The notes beneath the pieces were generated by a model. That model was not told the DNA's origin. It worked only from the letters and a program-made list of their open reading frames with translations, and did not search any database. 40,473 nt of DNA from an uncultured bacterium (GTDB lineage Bacteria > JAJVIF01 > JAPKYR01), in contig CBDUXL010000003.1 of assembly GCA_965371155.1 (NCBI GenBank), positions 1-40,473 of the forward strand, given 5' to 3'. Shown piece by piece: positions 36,689-40,473 of the stretch. The position numbers and the translations under genes were made by a program. Numbering within the stretch: the stretch's first letter is position 1; each line of letters opens with the position of its first letter.

Positions 36689-37927
36689 TTAGTTGGCTCT
36701 GATTGAACCGAATGGGACCTGGGTCGCGCCGAAGTCCTTGCCGACCCGGAGAATCAACTCTTGATCCTGTCCGTAGCCGACGAGGAAGTACTCGGTCGAG
36801 GAAATGCGGTTGTAGGTATAGTCGCCGGGGTAGATGTTCGCGAGACTGTCCGCCTGCGAAGCGTCGCGACCGGTGAACGGGTTGGGGAAGCTGACGTACG
36901 CGAATCCTGCAGCCTCGCACTGGGGAACGTCGTATGGAAGGTCATTATATTGATAGTAATACTCATTAAGGATTTGTGAGATCTGAAATACATATCTCGC
37001 GACCTGCTTGTCGTTCTCCGACAAACCGGCCGTCTCACGATAAAGAAGATCAAACGATCCGGCGGTTGAGGAAAGGCTGATCTGCCTGCGGACAAAATCA
37101 ATCTCGCTGCCGATCTGGAGATACGTTATGATAGCAACAGTATTACTGTCTACATACTCGTAGGTGATATCCCCGGGGCTCGGATGGTCCACCACCTGGA
37201 CGGGGAATGTCGTGTAGGGATTCAATGGCTCAATCAGGAGATGACCGCGCTCCCTGAGTTCCGCGAGACGCTGAGGGAACCGTCCGAACTCGCTTCGGAA
37301 GCAAAGGATCGCAGCGGAGTAGTTAACTAATGACGCGATAACCCAATTCTCATGGCTCCGATTTTGAGCGAGCAGTCCACCGCCGACAATCCACTCGAAA
37401 TATCGCGGCGCATCGGGATAAACCTCGGCATATTCCCCAACTCTCGCGAGCGCCGACTGCGTCGCCCGCCCCCCCGGGATCGAAATATGCTCAGTGGCGG
37501 TTACGGAGACATCCCCCTGGAATCGGGAGTATCCGGCGTCCGCGACCGTCTCAAAAGCGTCCATGACAGCGATAATGAACCCGGCGCCCTCGATTTCGGA
37601 AACGACGTCCTGAACGTCCTGGGGGATGTTCGGCTCCAAAAAGCCCCGAATATCATCGTGCACGCTTTCGACGTTCCAGATATCCCTGAGAGCCTGGAGC
37701 GCGCTGTCCAGCGCCGCCTCACGGGCAAGCAGCGGAGTCCCCATGGGAAGGTTCATTGTAAGAACAACGTTGGCACAGCCTTCATCGGCGCCGGTCAATC
37801 CTTCGTATACAACCCAGACCTGGAAGCCGCGATCCCATTCGTACGCGGAAACAGGAGCGCACGGAAGCATCATGACCGCAAGGACAACGCCGGCCAATAC
37901 ACATTTATTTCGCAGCGCTGAATACAT
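36689..37927 (-). CDS. secreted hypothetical protein with two pseudopilin-head-like repeats
   Basis: Signal peptide (..VSA|YE); repeats 'F....GRFP..L..L.......NPYT.......GDITY' and 'Y.....LP..V........NPFTG.......GDYTY'. Confidence 0.65.
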   Translation of the reverse strand: MYSALRNKCVLAGVVLAVMMLPCAPVSAYEWDRGFQVWVVYEGLTGADEGCANVVLTMNLPMGTPLLAREAALDSALQALRDIWNVESVHDDIRGFLEPNIPQDVQDVVSEIEGAGFIIAVMDAFETVADAGYSRFQGDVSVTATEHISIPGGRATQSALARVGEYAEVYPDAPRYFEWIVGGGLLAQNRSHENWVIASLVNYSAAILCFRSEFGRFPQRLAELRERGHLLIEPLNPYTTFPVQVVDHPSPGDITYEYVDSNTVAIITYLQIGSEIDFVRRQISLSSTAGSFDLLYRETAGLSENDKQVARYVFQISQILNEYYYQYNDLPYDVPQCEAAGFAYVSFPNPFTGRDASQADSLANIYPGDYTYNRISSTEYFLVGYGQDQELILRVGKDFGATQVPFGSIRAN

Positions 37928-38020
37928 TCTTGTCTACTTTATTTATCGGAGCTTGCTGAATCAGAACGACCGAGGATCCTCCTCGGCCGGTACACGTCGC
38001 AATCCAAAGCGTTATCCCCG

Positions 38021-38641
38021 TTAGTGGATCTGGCTTGCCGACTCCCCGCCGCTCCAGGAGGTGTGAATGTAGCCTTCAGAGCCTCCGTCCGACTCGCCCA
38101 TGGCCTCTTTGTAGGCGCGCTCGAGATCGTCCAGTGCCGCCGAGTATCGGTCCGGATCGCCCTCATCACCCTCCAAAATAATTGCGTCGCCGCTGTTGGT
38201 CATAATAACAGCTTTCGTCGGGCCGGTGGTGAACTTGGTTTGTCCAGCCTGATCGAAGCGATCCACAATCCCCCGACCCACACCGACTGTCAGGACAATA
38301 ACCAGCACAACACTGGCCATGGCATAAGCCCGGTTTCGCTGAAGGGCAAAGAAGGGGCTGCCCAAGATGGCCATTAGTCCACGGGCGGGCCTGACCTCCT
38401 CAAGCTCGGTCTCGAGTGACTCGAAAAGTCCGTTGGGAACATCGACCGGATTCTCCCTGGCCTCCTGAATAAGGGCGCTGACTGCCTGGTAGGACGCCAT
38501 CTCCTCGCGACAGCTTACGCAGATCGCAAGATGAGTTTCGAGGTCGATATCCTCTTCCGGAGTGATTTCCCTGTCAAGACGCTTCTCTATGAGAGCCAGG
38601 TAGCGTTTGCACTCGTTTTTGCTAGTAGTGTTTCCGTCCAT
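38021..38641 (-). CDS. zf-HC2 (ZAS) anti-sigma factor
   Basis: 'HLAICVSC' (HxxxCxxC) and a single TM; directly downstream of the ECF sigma. Confidence 0.88.
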   Translation of the reverse strand: MDGNTTSKNECKRYLALIEKRLDREITPEEDIDLETHLAICVSCREEMASYQAVSALIQEARENPVDVPNGLFESLETELEEVRPARGLMAILGSPFFALQRNRAYAMASVVLVIVLTVGVGRGIVDRFDQAGQTKFTTGPTKAVIMTNSGDAIILEGDEGDPDRYSAALDDLERAYKEAMGESDGGSEGYIHTSWSGGESASQIH

Positions 38642-38693
38642 TGCTGCTCTTGCACATCCAGATGTTTTTTTTCCTCTGTCCCCTTTGCCTCGT

Positions 38694-39332
38694 CTAGCCG
38701 AAATGAACCTTTTTCGCCAATTCGCCTTCTTCGAGAACCTCCCGAAGTTTCTTCCGCGCGTAGTGAAGTCTGCTCTTCACCGTGCCGCGGCTGATCCCAA
38801 GTGTCTTCGAGACCTCCTCTATCGAGTACCCCTCCAGCTCGAACAGCACCAGAACGCTCCTCATTTTCGGGCTCACTATCTCGAGCGCATTACGGACCGT
38901 GGCGCTTCGATCGTTCTGGAGAAACACCTCATCGGGATTCCTGTGCGCCTTTTGGGGCTCCACGAAAACGCGCTCGCTGTCGTCCTGGTAGTATGTGTTT
39001 TCCTTCTTTTTCCGCCTGAGGTAGTTCTTGAACTGATTCGCCGTGATCTGGAATATCCACTCCTTGAATTTCTGCTCATCGCGGAGCTGGTGGAAGTACT
39101 TGAAGGCCTTGAAATACGACTCCTGGAGCAGGTCCTCGGCCTCTTCGCGGGTCCCGGTGAGCCGGAAGGCGAAGTTGTAGAGTTCCACCCTGATATGATC
39201 CACCAGGGCAACGAATCGCTGGTCCGGAGACCGTTCCCGGTCCGCCGTTCCAGCCCCGTCATAGGCGACTACACGTTCCATCGTTGGGCCCTCTCTCACT
39301 TTGGGAGGAACCTTTGTCTCCTGCGGGTCCAT
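38694..39332 (-). CDS. ECF RNA polymerase sigma factor (RpoE-like)
   Basis: Region 2 'AEDLLQE.Y.KAF...F..WIFQI..N'; region 4 'GYSIEEVS..LGISRGTVKSRLHYARKKL'. Confidence 0.93.
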   Translation of the reverse strand: MDPQETKVPPKVREGPTMERVVAYDGAGTADRERSPDQRFVALVDHIRVELYNFAFRLTGTREEAEDLLQESYFKAFKYFHQLRDEQKFKEWIFQITANQFKNYLRRKKKENTYYQDDSERVFVEPQKAHRNPDEVFLQNDRSATVRNALEIVSPKMRSVLVLFELEGYSIEEVSKTLGISRGTVKSRLHYARKKLREVLEEGELAKKVHFG

Positions 39333-39391
39333 GATGAACTCCAGTTCCTCCGGATGGGTATTATGTGGCCTTGTTGGGCCGGTTACTTATA

Positions 39392-39419
39392 TAGATGCGG
39401 TTTACCATCCGAAGGTTCA
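39392..39419 (-). promoter_or_regulatory. candidate ECF autoregulatory promoter
   Basis: TGAACC-N16-CATCTA upstream of the sigma gene; the -35 AAC core is typical of ECF promoters. Confidence 0.5.
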
Positions 39420-39489
39420 ATATGGAGGGGCGTCCCTCTATAAAGATTATCGCAGGAAATGGCAAAATGAGCAAGGGCTGGCGAGGGAC

Positions 39490-40182
39490 CTACTCCAGCT
39501 CCTCGATTTCCATTCTTATCTTCGGCGCTACCTCGTCCTCGTTCAACTCAACCAAGCGAATAAGATATTCCTTTTCCCTGAACTGGCGGATCATGAAGCC
39601 GAATGCGAAGTAATTGTCGCCGATCAGGCGCGCGAGGGCGTCGTATGAGTCGGAGGAGATCGTCATTCCGGTCTTCTTGACATCCTTCAGGAAATAGCTG
39701 ATCTCGACGATCGGGCCCTCGAGCTCCATGACAATCCCGTCATAATGCTGCTCCAGGGCGAGATTCAGGACGGAGAGGAAGATCGACTTGACCGCGTCCC
39801 AGCTTTTGTCCTCGAAGGAGCGAAAAATGTCCTCGATTCGGTTCAGGCGACGTCCCGGGGCGGGCTTGCGTGCTATGGGCACGCGGATGATGCCGGACGG
39901 GTCCTCGTTCCAGATGAATATGCAGAGGGTGTCCTGGTAGCGGAGCTGGTACTGGCCGGTTTCGAAGTAGTCGGTCTGGAGGATAGTCCGAATGGGATCC
40001 CAGTAACTCTTCGGGATGGCAAGGCCCCTCTCGTACTTGCCGTCGATCAACTGAAACGTCTGAACGCGCTCTTTTTCGTCACGGAAAAGGATCTCGGTTG
40101 CTCGACCGGCCGCCGCCTCATTGAGGATTTGCTCGGCGAAGGCGATACATTGCTTGCGTTCTGTGTCGTCGGACGGGTGCAT
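39490..40182 (-). CDS. hypothetical protein with two tandem GspE/PilB N2-domain-like repeats
   Basis: 'EQILNEAAAGRATEILF...FQLIDG' and 'SVLNLALEQHYDGIVME...ISYF' resemble the 'il..Ai..gASDIHiE...R.DG' segment; no Walker motifs. Confidence 0.55.
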   Translation of the reverse strand: MHPSDDTERKQCIAFAEQILNEAAAGRATEILFRDEKERVQTFQLIDGKYERGLAIPKSYWDPIRTILQTDYFETGQYQLRYQDTLCIFIWNEDPSGIIRVPIARKPAPGRRLNRIEDIFRSFEDKSWDAVKSIFLSVLNLALEQHYDGIVMELEGPIVEISYFLKDVKKTGMTISSDSYDALARLIGDNYFAFGFMIRQFREKEYLIRLVELNEDEVAPKIRMEIEELE

Positions 40183-40304
40183 AATTCCTGTCCAGCGTTA
40201 GGAGAATACTGCAACCTGAAATGATCCGGACTTCAGCCAGATTAGGATCGGAACGAGTCGGAGGTTCTAGACAGATTGTACCGCGAAGCCTGCATTTTAA
40301 ACAA

Positions 40305-40457
40305 GTAGGGGCGCGGGGCACGCGCCCATTTTCTTCATTTTAAGGCGCGGGGCACGCGCCCTCATTTCTTTTCTCCCGCATTGCATGCAGGCGCGTGCCC
40401 CGCGCCCACAATTCCGAACACCTCCATTGAAGGCGGGCGAGTGACCCGCGCCCCTAC
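40305..40457. repeat. GTAG-family REP cluster (4 copies, mixed orientation)
   Basis: GTAGGGGCGCGGGGCACGCGCCC at 40305-40327 is the exact reverse complement of 36584-36606; further copies at about 40344, 40390 and 40432. Confidence 0.85.
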
Positions 40458-40473
40458 ACCGACACAAATACGA

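Overview
GC-rich bacterial chromosomal segment; the organism cannot be assigned from sequence alone. In order it carries: a DUF4129-type gene; a patA-like aminotransferase/methyltransferase/GNAT operon divergent from an asparaginase II gene; three tandem paralogous sulfatase-fold lipoproteins; a GGDEF cyclase; a membrane-anchored Smr protein; a lower-GC Kef-type antiporter and a RAYT transposase remnant beside three tRNAs (Lys-CTT, Arg-TCG, Arg-TCT); type-2 ileS; a 7-blade SBBP lipoprotein; a BldC/excisionase-like HTH protein; htrA; AmmeMemoRadiSam A/B followed by a degenerate FolD; a DUF401-like transporter and a HAD hydrolase; a broken thermonuclease::folE chimera; and an ECF sigma/anti-sigma operon. 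GTAG-type REP clusters lie in several intergenic regions. The strongest unannotated signal is upstream of ileS: an Ile-rich leader peptide (MRSVIRIGRIIIG*) with complete 1:2, 2:3 and 3:4 attenuator pairings and no T-box, i.e. ribosome-mediated attenuation of an isoleucyl-tRNA synthetase. Other leads are a lipoprotein family sharing an unnamed N-terminal domain and a C-terminal PDGxW, Thr-nucleophile 'sulfatases', a FolD pseudoenzyme and a likely non-canonical start codon. All family assignments come from motif recognition by eye; no database searches were run.
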